DNA of 32,862 nt, filler included, from Candidatus Woesearchaeota archaeon (GTDB lineage: Archaea > Nanobdellota > Nanobdellia > Woesearchaeales > JABGUJ01), in NCBI GenBank assembly GCA_018646625.1. It is 3 parts of 2 records of this genome, joined end to end, with 100 filler letters (N's around TTAATTAATTAA, not from the genome) between each part and the next. Parts side by side here need not be neighbours in the genome. Positions count along the whole stretch, not along the records: positions 10,709 to 32,862 come from JABGUJ010000003.1; 2 more parts are not named here. One strand, 5' to 3'. Shown one piece after another: positions 24,808 to 32,862 of the stretch; positions within the stretch are counted from its first letter, which is position 1; each line of letters opens with the position of its first letter. Made by a program: the position numbers and the translations under genes. A model generated the notes under the pieces. It saw only the letters and a program-made list of their open reading frames with translations, searched no databases and was not told where the DNA came from.

Positions 24808-25344
24808 TTAAGAGAAATAACTGTTAAGGCTACTATTCATCAACTCAGATTTGACATCTTCGTCTATAGTAATAACACTTTCTTTAGCTTGTAGTTCTTT
24901 GAAGTCAGGATGTAATCTAAAGTATAATTTTCCGTCTACAACTTCATGAATCAACTCAACACCTTTAGTCATTAAACAAGCCATTACACTCTTAACTTCT
25001 AACTCTTCCAAGTTAGTCTTCCTAGCAATATCAGAATAAGACAAAGGAGTTTTACTTTCATACATATAGAGAGCCAAAAAAACCTTTTGCTCATCGGCCT
25101 TAAGATCTACGTCTGTTTTAGTTAGATCAGAAATCATTAATTGTAATTCTTCAACCCTAGAATCAAGTTTATCAATTTTTGACTCAACTTCAGCAAGGTT
25201 GTCTTGAACATTTTGAATTTCGCCAGAACCTTCGTTGATCGACTGCAAGTGCTCGTCGAGTTCTTCTTTAACTTTTTCAAAAGAAGCCTTCAATCTAAAA
25301 TCAATCAGTTTGAGAAATCTATCCCTCTTATTACTATCAAGCAC
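24808..25344 (-). CDS. N-terminal coiled coil + C-terminal winged HTH protein
   Basis: Heptads at aa ~17-75; EQKVFLALY...LSYSDIARKTNL....VKSVMACLMTKGV; GTG start. Confidence 0.8.
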   Translation of the reverse strand: MLDSNKRDRFLKLIDFRLKASFEKVKEELDEHLQSINEGSGEIQNVQDNLAEVESKIDKLDSRVEELQLMISDLTKTDVDLKADEQKVFLALYMYESKTPLSYSDIARKTNLEELEVKSVMACLMTKGVELIHEVVDGKLYFRLHPDFKELQAKESVITIDEDVKSELMNSSLNSYFS

Positions 25345-25440
25345 CGTTTTTCAACCCCCGGCACACATGTACTCAAACGCTTTATAAATATTTCGAAGAA
25401 ACAAGAAAGAAATAAATAACATCACTAAACAGTCATAAAA

Positions 25441-25809
25441 ATGCCTTACGAAGTAGATGATATAACAAGAAGACTAAATGAAATCGTAGAGAGATATCTT
25501 ACAAAAAACGCTCGAGGATGGTTTATAGAATCTCACCCATATGCAAGAAGAGAATCTCATGTATGGCCTGACAAAGATATCGAAGAAGATGACCCACATG
25601 AATGGACACTCACTTGGGAAAAGCCACCGGAATACACTTCGACTAAAACGCTAGACATAATCTATGCTCCAAAGGAAGTAGAATATAGAAATGGAAAAGA
25701 AGAAGAAGGATTCCACATGAGAGGAAGATATCTAGGAAACAATTTAGAAACAGCGCTCATCGAATATGAAACCCTACTCAAAGAAGAAGCCAAAGATTTC
25801 AAAAGATAG
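25441..25809 (+). CDS. hypothetical protein
   Basis: 122-aa ORF with typical + strand codon usage; no family recognised. Confidence 0.7.
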   Translation: MPYEVDDITRRLNEIVERYLTKNARGWFIESHPYARRESHVWPDKDIEEDDPHEWTLTWEKPPEYTSTKTLDIIYAPKEVEYRNGKEEEGFHMRGRYLGNNLETALIEYETLLKEEAKDFKR

Positions 25810-25845
25810 CAAACCAATAAAAATCAATGACCATTATCACACCCC

Positions 25846-26484
25846 ATGATAGCATCAAAATCAAGATTAGCCATAATTCTGTCAAAACTGAAGGTATTCG
25901 ATGCTCCAGACCTACAATCAGAACAATACCCTACAGACTCCGAAATTGCCGCAGAAACACTATGGGATGCACACTATCAAGACGAAATAGAAGGTAAAAT
26001 AATCGCAGACTTTGGATGCGGCACAGGCATTCTTGGATTAGGTGCGGCACTATTAGGGGCAAAAGTAGTATTCATGATCGAAAAAGATGAAAAAGCATTA
26101 GAAATTGCAAAAGAAAACTACGAATCACTAAAAGAAGATATTGAAGGAGAGATCAAATTTTTGCATCAAGACGTACAAGACTTCAATGAAAGAGTCGACG
26201 TACTAATACAAAATCCACCATTCGGAACTAAAGAAAAACATGCAGACAGAGATTTTTTAATGAAAGCGTTTGACACTGCAAATACAATTTATACATTCCA
26301 CAAAACTACAAGTGAAAACTTCATCAAAAAAATATCCCAAGATAATAATTTTAAAGTAACTTACTACAAAACTCATAATTTCCCTCTAAAAGCAGCACAC
26401 TTATTTCACACTAGAAAAATTCACAGAATTAAAGTTGGCTGTTGGCGACTAGAATCTGAAAAACTAACTAAGTATCAGGCTTAA
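25846..26484 (+). CDS. METTL5-like N6-adenine (rRNA) methyltransferase
   Basis: LSKLKVF..P....EQYPT...IAA, SAM motif DFGCGTGILGLGA and QNPPFG. Confidence 0.9.
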   Translation: MIASKSRLAIILSKLKVFDAPDLQSEQYPTDSEIAAETLWDAHYQDEIEGKIIADFGCGTGILGLGAALLGAKVVFMIEKDEKALEIAKENYESLKEDIEGEIKFLHQDVQDFNERVDVLIQNPPFGTKEKHADRDFLMKAFDTANTIYTFHKTTSENFIKKISQDNNFKVTYYKTHNFPLKAAHLFHTRKIHRIKVGCWRLESEKLTKYQA

Positions 26485-27043
26485 TCTTTTTCTCTAAACC
26501 AAATTCAGGACAAACTGTATCTCGATACATCGCATAAGGTTTACCAATCACAGCACTCAACACAACAGCAGGAGCTAAAGCGTCCACAACTTGATCAAAT
26601 GGAACATCAGAAAAGTACATAGACGAAGAATAAGCTATCACCCCAACCACCGTACCGCTCACAGTCTCGGCAACATACTTTTTTTTACCTGAAGAGAACG
26701 CATAGAACTGATAACCAACACCCACCCCAAAAACACCTGCAACCTTAACACCTAATTCTTCAAAGCCATCAGTCTCCGAATCCATCCAATTATTCAATAA
26801 ACCTCTCAACTTCTCAAAAGGATAACCAGCCAAGGCATTACCTAAAACCATATTCAAACGAGTTTGTAAATGAGTATAGAAATCCATACCAACATACAAC
26901 ATCTCAACTGGCGCCATAATACCATAAGAAAACGAATTCATACTCAATGCTTCAATACAGAACTGATACACCCGATTATTCTTCAATCTATCAAACCGTT
27001 CTTCTCCCAGAATCTTTTCTAAAGAATCTTTTATCTTTCCCAT
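26468..27043 (-). CDS. membrane protein resembling the L-alanine exporter AlaE
   Basis: E...GM......TRL....N.L.GYPF...R and GKPYAMYRD recall AlaE motifs; internal two-fold repeat. Confidence 0.55.
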   Translation of the reverse strand: MGKIKDSLEKILGEERFDRLKNNRVYQFCIEALSMNSFSYGIMAPVEMLYVGMDFYTHLQTRLNMVLGNALAGYPFEKLRGLLNNWMDSETDGFEELGVKVAGVFGVGVGYQFYAFSSGKKKYVAETVSGTVVGVIAYSSSMYFSDVPFDQVVDALAPAVVLSAVIGKPYAMYRDTVCPEFGLEKKIKPDT

Positions 27044-27567
27044 TTATACAATCCCCATAAATGATCATCAGAATTTCTCAATCTTTCTCGATACACAAAA
27101 CCCAATCGTTCACAAAAATCAATTGAAACAGAATTTCTAGCAGGTTCAAGCAACACACCAACGTACATCACATTCTCAGCCATATCTGAAAATAAACGAG
27201 ACATCATCTCATTACCCGCACCCCTACCAACATCAGAAGGCAAAACCGCAATCTGATCACCAAAAACATGTTCACCGTCTATTTCAGAAACTCTGGCAGT
27301 CAAAGTATCTTCATGATCTAACCTACCGCTAGAAACCAAACCTTGCAAAGTATAAACATCATAACACATTAGAAAACCTACAATTTTAGAATCGTCAACT
27401 GCAACATAAAAATGATTAGAAACTTCCACCCTATGAGCATATTCTTCTGTTTCCAGACCATAAACTAAAAAACCAGAATCTTGTGGAGCATCATAATCGA
27501 GCTTTACCGCTTCCGCCACACCACAAATACCATCTAAATCATCCAGAGTAGCTTTTCTAACTAACAT
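27031..27567 (-). CDS. GNAT-family acetyltransferase
   Basis: VRKATLDDL, IVGFLM, QIAVLP...GRGAG and N..SIDFCERLGF; GGGGAGGT RBS before the ATG at 27567. Confidence 0.88.
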   Translation of the reverse strand: MLVRKATLDDLDGICGVAEAVKLDYDAPQDSGFLVYGLETEEYAHRVEVSNHFYVAVDDSKIVGFLMCYDVYTLQGLVSSGRLDHEDTLTARVSEIDGEHVFGDQIAVLPSDVGRGAGNEMMSRLFSDMAENVMYVGVLLEPARNSVSIDFCERLGFVYRERLRNSDDHLWGLYKWER

Positions 27568-27763
27568 TCTACCTCCCCAAAACAACAAGAATCACCAAAA
27601 AGTAGTAAATAAACTCGACTATTATAATTTATATAATTCTGCAGAGAAAAGCGCTAAAACCCCAAATAACAACCAACAGAAACCTTTATAAATAGCCCAA
27701 ATTTCCAACATGCAGGGGATGTGAAAGTATTCTAGCACATATCCACTATTTGGAGGCCTTAAA

Positions 27764-28033
27764 ATGGACATAGAAATCCTAGAAGAATCCGATACTAAAA
27801 TCGTAGTTAAATTCAACTCAGAAGATCATACATTTGTAAATCCTTTGAAAGAAGAATTATGGAATGATAGCCACATAAAAGTTTCAGCATACAGAACTGG
27901 ACATTCACTAACTGACAAACCAGAATTAACTGTAGAAACTGATGGCAAAGAATCTCCTAGAGATGCATTGCAAAGCGCAGTTAAAAGATTAAAGAAGGAC
28001 TTTGGAAACTTCAAAAAAGCCTTCGAAAAATAA
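27764..28033 (+). CDS. rpoL: DNA-directed RNA polymerase subunit L (Rpo11)
   Basis: EDHTFVNPLKEEL, AYRTGHSL and ETDG..SPRDAL. Confidence 0.93.
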   Translation: MDIEILEESDTKIVVKFNSEDHTFVNPLKEELWNDSHIKVSAYRTGHSLTDKPELTVETDGKESPRDALQSAVKRLKKDFGNFKKAFEK

Positions 28034-28035
28034 AA

Positions 28036-28617
28036 ATGCTTTCTTTGGAGCAAGGAACAAAATTAGTAAACCTTGCCAAGATTTCTATCGCATCTTACTT
28101 TACAGGCGAAGCTCCAAACTTAGATGAATACAAAAAAGAATTCTCAGAAGAACAAGGCGTATTTGTAACACTGACGATAAACAAAGAACTCAGAGGTTGC
28201 ATTGGTTTTCCAGAAAGTCCATTTCCTCTGTACAAAGGAGTATTCAACGCAGCAAAAGCAGCAGCATTTGAAGATCCAAGATTTCCTTCATTAAGTGAAG
28301 AAGAGTGGCCATCAGTGGCAGTAGAGATTTCAATATTAACAGTACCAAAAAAGATCGATGTAAACACACCAGAAGATTATCTAAATGAAATCAAAGTAGG
28401 AAGAGATGGATTAATAGTAAGAAACAATTCAACATCAGGACTACTTTTACCTCAAGTACCTCTTGAATACGAGTGGACCGAATTAGAGTTTCTACAGCAC
28501 ACATGTGTCAAAGCAGGACTAGAAATGAATGCATGGAAGGATCTGGATAATAAAGTATATAAATTTCAAGCTCAAGTTTTCACTGAAGTAAACAATACAG
28601 TAGAAGAGAAGATATGA
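28036..28617 (+). CDS. AMMECR1-domain protein
   Basis: GVFVTL....LRGCIG, AAFEDPRF, EISILT, GLLLPQV and CVKAGL. Confidence 0.95.
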   Translation: MLSLEQGTKLVNLAKISIASYFTGEAPNLDEYKKEFSEEQGVFVTLTINKELRGCIGFPESPFPLYKGVFNAAKAAAFEDPRFPSLSEEEWPSVAVEISILTVPKKIDVNTPEDYLNEIKVGRDGLIVRNNSTSGLLLPQVPLEYEWTELEFLQHTCVKAGLEMNAWKDLDNKVYKFQAQVFTEVNNTVEEKI

Positions 28618-29321
28618 AAATGGACGGAATCCTCACACATTTAGGCATAATCATGGACGGTAACAGAAGATTTGCTAGAAGATTAATGATGAAACCATGG
28701 AAAGGCCATGAATGGGGCGCCCAAAAACTTCTAAAAATATTTGAATGGTGTAAAGAACTTGAAATTGAAGAATTAACCCTATACACATTCTCAATACAGA
28801 ATTTTAACAGACCAAAAGAAGAATTCGATATGTTAATGAACATTTTCAGAGATAACTTTGATAAAATAAAAGAAGAAGAACACATAGTAAATCAAAATAA
28901 AATAAAAATAAAATTCATAGGACGATTACATTTATTCCCAGAAGACATACAACAAAAAGCTAAAGACATTGAAGAACTTACTAAAGATTATAGCGATTAC
29001 ACAGTAAATTTCGCATTTGGTTATGGCGGAAGAGAAGAAATCATAGATGCAACCAAGAAAATTGCCGAATTAGTAAAAGAAAACAAGATACAACCAAGCG
29101 AAATAACAGAAGAACTAATCAAAGAAAATCTTTACATGGCTGACGAGCCAGACTTAATAATAAGAACAGGCGGAGACAGACGAACATCAAATTTCTTAAT
29201 ATTCCAGAGCTCATACTCTGAATGGCTATTCTTAGAAAAAAAGTTCCCAGAACTTAAAAAAGAAGACATCGTTAAATGCAAACTTGATTTTGAAAAACGA
29301 GAACGACGTTTTGGAAAATAA
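28614..29321 (+). CDS. uppS: cis-prenyltransferase (polyprenyl diphosphate synthase)
   Basis: HLGIIMDGNRRFA, YTFSIQNFNRP, YGGREEI, PDLIIRTGG..RTSNFL and C-terminal RRFGK. Confidence 0.96.
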   Translation: MKMDGILTHLGIIMDGNRRFARRLMMKPWKGHEWGAQKLLKIFEWCKELEIEELTLYTFSIQNFNRPKEEFDMLMNIFRDNFDKIKEEEHIVNQNKIKIKFIGRLHLFPEDIQQKAKDIEELTKDYSDYTVNFAFGYGGREEIIDATKKIAELVKENKIQPSEITEELIKENLYMADEPDLIIRTGGDRRTSNFLIFQSSYSEWLFLEKKFPELKKEDIVKCKLDFEKRERRFGK

Positions 29322-29334
29322 AAAAAGAAAAAAA

Positions 29335-30474
29335 TTAGATTTCAAACTCAATTTGCTCAAACTCACCATTTCTTACTGAGTTTATAACAGGCACCCTAAC
29401 CGCAATTCCATTCTGATCAAACTTCATCGACCCAGAGATTGCAGGATAGTTATCAACAGAGTACAAACCCCTCACAATAGCTTCAGAACTAACACCATTC
29501 TTCCGCATCACATCTGCAACCAAATGAACATTGTCATAACCAAGCACAGCATAAAGCACGTTAGGAGGTTCTTCGCCGAATCGTTCAACATACTTGTCTA
29601 CAAATTCATTAAGCTCAAAGTTATCATCACGATAAGCAAGCTCATAACTAAAATATGTCCCCTCCATAGCATCACCAGCATTATCCAAAGTCTCCTTCAC
29701 CGCAAATGTTGATGCACCTAGAAACTGAACATCATAACCCATCTCTCTTGCCTGCTTAACAATCTCCCCATCAAGCGCCAAAGGAACAGCATAGATTGCA
29801 TCAGGCTCATAAGACATCATCTTCAAGATCTCCGTTCTAAAGTCAGACGATTCATAATTATGAGTTACAACAACTAGAACCTCACCACCCAAAGCTTCAA
29901 AATCTCTTGAAAAAGTCTCTGCTAAAGTCTGGCCCCATTCATCAATGTCATAAAACACTGCAACCTTCCTAGCGCTTAAATTTTTGTAAGCAAAATTAGC
30001 CATCAAAGATGCCGAACCTTCAACCGAATATCCAGTTGCAAAAATAAACTCACCAGCATCAGCAATATCATCAGTAACATCCAAAGTCCCAATCAATGGA
30101 ACTCCATTCTTCTGAGCAACAGGAATAGCAGGCATTATTGAAGTAGCGCACACAGGCCCGATCACAACTGGTACTCTATCCACCTCAACTAATTTGGAAA
30201 CAGCAGTTACTCCTGCTTTTGGCAAACATTGACCATCTTCAAAGATAACATTCAATTGTACCCCGCTTATTCCACCTTCAGCATTAATTTCATCCAAAGC
30301 CATCAAAGCACCCTTCTGCATTTCAATTCCCGCAGATGCAAAAAAATCTGTAAATGGCGCAACAAAACCAATTTCTACAACATCCATTCTATCAACGACC
30401 TTACCAGTGATAACATCATTACCACAACCAACTAACAATACAGCTATCGCTAACACAATAATCAATTTATTCAT
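29335..30474 (-). CDS. LivJ/K-like (type I periplasmic binding fold) substrate-binding lipoprotein
   Basis: MNKLII...LLVGC lipobox; IGFVAPFT, EINAEGGI.G, VIGP.C, DFRTEILK and GYD motifs; GGAGGT RBS. Confidence 0.9.
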   Translation of the reverse strand: MNKLIIVLAIAVLLVGCGNDVITGKVVDRMDVVEIGFVAPFTDFFASAGIEMQKGALMALDEINAEGGISGVQLNVIFEDGQCLPKAGVTAVSKLVEVDRVPVVIGPVCATSIMPAIPVAQKNGVPLIGTLDVTDDIADAGEFIFATGYSVEGSASLMANFAYKNLSARKVAVFYDIDEWGQTLAETFSRDFEALGGEVLVVVTHNYESSDFRTEILKMMSYEPDAIYAVPLALDGEIVKQAREMGYDVQFLGASTFAVKETLDNAGDAMEGTYFSYELAYRDDNFELNEFVDKYVERFGEEPPNVLYAVLGYDNVHLVADVMRKNGVSSEAIVRGLYSVDNYPAISGSMKFDQNGIAVRVPVINSVRNGEFEQIEFEI

Positions 30475-30539
30475 TTTAACATACCTCCACCTACACCCAA
30501 ACACCTACTAGACAGAAACCAAAAAGAGTATATAAATAG

Positions 30540-30563
30540 TTGGTGTCTTTTATTAGACACCAA
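30540..30563. promoter_or_regulatory. perfect 9-bp inverted repeat between divergent TATA boxes (candidate TrmB operator)
   Basis: TTGGTGTCT-TTTATT-AGACACCAA, flanked by TATATAAA (~30529-30536, minus-strand TATA) and AATATAAA (30572-30579). Confidence 0.7.
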
Positions 30564-30600
30564 TAGAAAGAAATATAAAACAAAAGAGCAATAAAAAACT

Positions 30601-31350
30601 ATGAACAAAGAATTTCTTAAAGAAGCGGGCCTAAACGACAGAGAGATTGAGATCTACCTAGCACTTCTAAGACTAGGTTTAGTACTAGTCTCAACCTTAA
30701 GCAAAGAAACAGGATTACACAGATCCAACATTTACGACACTTTAGAAAAACTTCAAGACAAAGGATTAGTCAGCCACATTGTAAAAAATAACATAAAATA
30801 CTACAAAGCAACTTCACCGGAAAGACTACTTGATTACATAGACGAAAGAAAAGAAAACATAAAAAAAATTCTTCCAGAACTAATCAACCTAACAAAACTT
30901 CCGAGAGAAGAAACCAAAGTTGAGGTATTCAAAGGAATAGAAGGAATAAAAACAGTCTTAAAACAAATAATAAAAGACAGAAAAACATACCACATAACAG
31001 GAGAAAGCGAAAAATTCTTTGACCTATTAGGACCATACGCAACTCAATGGCTAAAAAAAGCAGAGGAACTGAAAATAAAAGGAAAGCTTGTCTTCATAGA
31101 AGGTATGAAATTTGGTCTAACTAAATACGAAACATGCAAAATCTTGCCAGAAGAGTGTTTTTCATCAATAGAAACTTGGATTTGGGATACAAAAACAGGT
31201 TACTTTGTTATGAGTCCGCCTTACTTCGTAATACTCGTCGACAACAAAGACATTGCAGACTCAAACATCTCACAATTTAATTTTCTTTGGAAACTAGGTA
31301 GAAAACCAACACCAAAAGAAGAAAAAGAAGCAAAAGCACGAATGCTCTAA
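30601..31350 (+). CDS. TrmB-family transcriptional regulator
   Basis: GLNDREIEIYLALL...LSKETGLHRSNIYDTLEKLQDKGLV...Y.ATSPE.L, then VEVFKG.EG. Confidence 0.92.
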   Translation: MNKEFLKEAGLNDREIEIYLALLRLGLVLVSTLSKETGLHRSNIYDTLEKLQDKGLVSHIVKNNIKYYKATSPERLLDYIDERKENIKKILPELINLTKLPREETKVEVFKGIEGIKTVLKQIIKDRKTYHITGESEKFFDLLGPYATQWLKKAEELKIKGKLVFIEGMKFGLTKYETCKILPEECFSSIETWIWDTKTGYFVMSPPYFVILVDNKDIADSNISQFNFLWKLGRKPTPKEEKEAKARML

Positions 31351-31832
31351 TTGTCTTTTTGCTTAAACAAACCAGTTTTCCAACCAATAAATGTATGCAC
31401 AACTCTCTCTACAGCAATGGAAGCAACCCAAGCCAACTGATTTGCAACAGCAGCATTTAAATCATGATTCATAAGAACATAGTGCAACGGACCTTGCATA
31501 GAATAATATAAAACATTAGCAGGTAACTCAGAAGTATACAAATGCATCAATTCTTTACGCAATTTCTTCCTACCGACAGAGCCTGAATAACTTTGATGAT
31601 TCCCCTGATAATACAAAGCACCCTGTAAACCTAAATAAGCAACATAGTCTACAGCTGCCGCCCCTATTGCGATTGTCTCAGCATCACAACCCAAATTGTC
31701 CATACAATAAGAAGCAGACGACGCAACCAACAACGCAGGCAGACCAGATGCAACGGCATTAGCATTAACACTAACAACTTTATTGTTCTTATACAAAGAA
31801 ACAACTTTGTTAACAACATCAGAAATCGACAT
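31347..31832 (-). CDS. hypothetical membrane protein (about 4 TM)
   Basis: Hydrophobic helices in two similar halves; start could be 31844 (TTG) or 31832 (ATG). Confidence 0.7.
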   Translation of the reverse strand: MSISDVVNKVVSLYKNNKVVSVNANAVASGLPALLVASSASYCMDNLGCDAETIAIGAAAVDYVAYLGLQGALYYQGNHQSYSGSVGRKKLRKELMHLYTSELPANVLYYSMQGPLHYVLMNHDLNAAVANQLAWVASIAVERVVHTFIGWKTGLFKQKDN

Positions 31833-31862
31833 ATTTCTCACCAAAAAAGAAAAAGAAAAAAA

Positions 31863-32861
31863 TTAGGAAAGTTTAACAAACTCTCCTTCAACATTCTGGT
31901 ACATAACTTCGTTGATGCTTCTAACGATTCCATCATCATCCATGCTCAAAGTTCCAGTCAAACCTTTCAATGCAACACTATGCATTCCAGCTTTTAACTC
32001 ATCACCTTTAGCAACACCAGCTTCATCAATAGATTCTGCTAAAAACATCATCGAATCATAACCAGTTGCAGTAAACAATACAGCTTCAGGATCTTCACCA
32101 TACTTCACTCTAAACTCAGTCAAGAACTGTTGTGATTCTAAATCATCACCAGTCTCCCAAAAAGTAAAGTACAACCCGTCATCTGCACCTTGTGCATTCT
32201 CAACAAAGTTTAAACTTGTTGCAGTATCAATTGTAAGGAAAGTTCCTTCAATGCCCATTTCCTTTGCTTGCTTCAACAACAAACCAACCTCATCATAACC
32301 CATCACTAAAAACGTGTCCACTCCAGTTCTTTGGGCTTTGATAAGCATTGATCTAAAGTCAGACTGCTCAGGTTCATAAACATCTTCAATTACAACCTCA
32401 CCGCCTACTGATTCAAACTTTTCTTTGAAAGTTTCTTTTGTTAGAACCATAAATCCAGAGTTTTGATACAATACAGCCACTTCCTTTTTCTCCAATTCAT
32501 CAAAAGTAAAGTCAGCTAAACTGTAACCTACTCCTTCATCATAAATTCCAATTCCAAAAGCGAACTCCCCTGCATCTGCAATCTCTTCACTTGAATCTAA
32601 TCCGTTAATAACCGCAACTTTGTCAGCATCAGCCATGGGAGCTAAAGCAAACAATGAGTCATAACCACTCACAATAAAAGCATCAACACCGTCAACATCT
32701 TTCATTTTCTTATAAGCAGTCACAGCTTTTGTTGCTTCGTGTCTATCATCGTAATGTACAAGCTCAACTTTCTTGCCATCAATTCCACCTTGAGCATTAA
32801 GTTTTTCAACCGCCAACTCAACTCCTCTAAAGTTTGCAATTCCTAATGATGCTTCAGAACT
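31863..32861 (-). CDS. second LivJ/K-like substrate-binding protein, 5' end outside the window
   Basis: Frame open to the window edge (SSEASLGIANFRGVELAVEK); GGIDGK, IADAGEF, SDFRS.L.K and TGYD shared with 29335-30474. Confidence 0.9.
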   Translation of the reverse strand, partial: SSEASLGIANFRGVELAVEKLNAQGGIDGKKVELVHYDDRHEATKAVTAYKKMKDVDGVDAFIVSGYDSLFALAPMADADKVAVINGLDSSEEIADAGEFAFGIGIYDEGVGYSLADFTFDELEKKEVAVLYQNSGFMVLTKETFKEKFESVGGEVVIEDVYEPEQSDFRSMLIKAQRTGVDTFLVMGYDEVGLLLKQAKEMGIEGTFLTIDTATSLNFVENAQGADDGLYFTFWETGDDLESQQFLTEFRVKYGEDPEAVLFTATGYDSMMFLAESIDEAGVAKGDELKAGMHSVALKGLTGTLSMDDDGIVRSINEVMYQNVEGEFVKLS

Positions 32862-32862
32862 G

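Overview
AT-rich archaeal genomic window, probably from a DPANN/Nanobdellota (Woesearchaeota-like) metagenome assembly. The archaeal markers are Lsm-rpl37e-rps8e, rpoL, PAC2, METTL5-like, NIP7-like, an intron-containing tRNA-Leu and TATA-box promoters. It contains two artificial 100-bp N/TTAATTAATTAA/N linkers (5534-5633, 10609-10708), so it is really three contig pieces. Housekeeping blocks flank several accessory loci. (1) A minus-strand locus of at least 9.8 kb (10709-20526) is made of two units. Each unit starts with a small ribbon-helix-helix gene missed by the ORF track. The locus carries three paralogous signal-peptide + 5-TM proteins with Ser/Gly linkers and variable tails, each tightly coupled to signal-peptide-less partners with Ig-like folds, coiled coils and one papain-like protease. 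This is the best candidate for an undescribed system. (2) A four-gene nucleotide house-cleaning operon (CYTH, MazG-like, ITPase, Nudix) lies divergent from a patatin. (3) A bacterial-type lspA sits in a run with a cadherin-like lipoprotein. (4) A 1.35-kb non-coding region holds inverted repeats and helically phased direct repeats, near two convergent winged-helix genes. (5) A TrmB regulator and a LivK-like lipoprotein are divergent around a perfect palindrome. All family assignments come from motif recognition by eye; no database searches were run.
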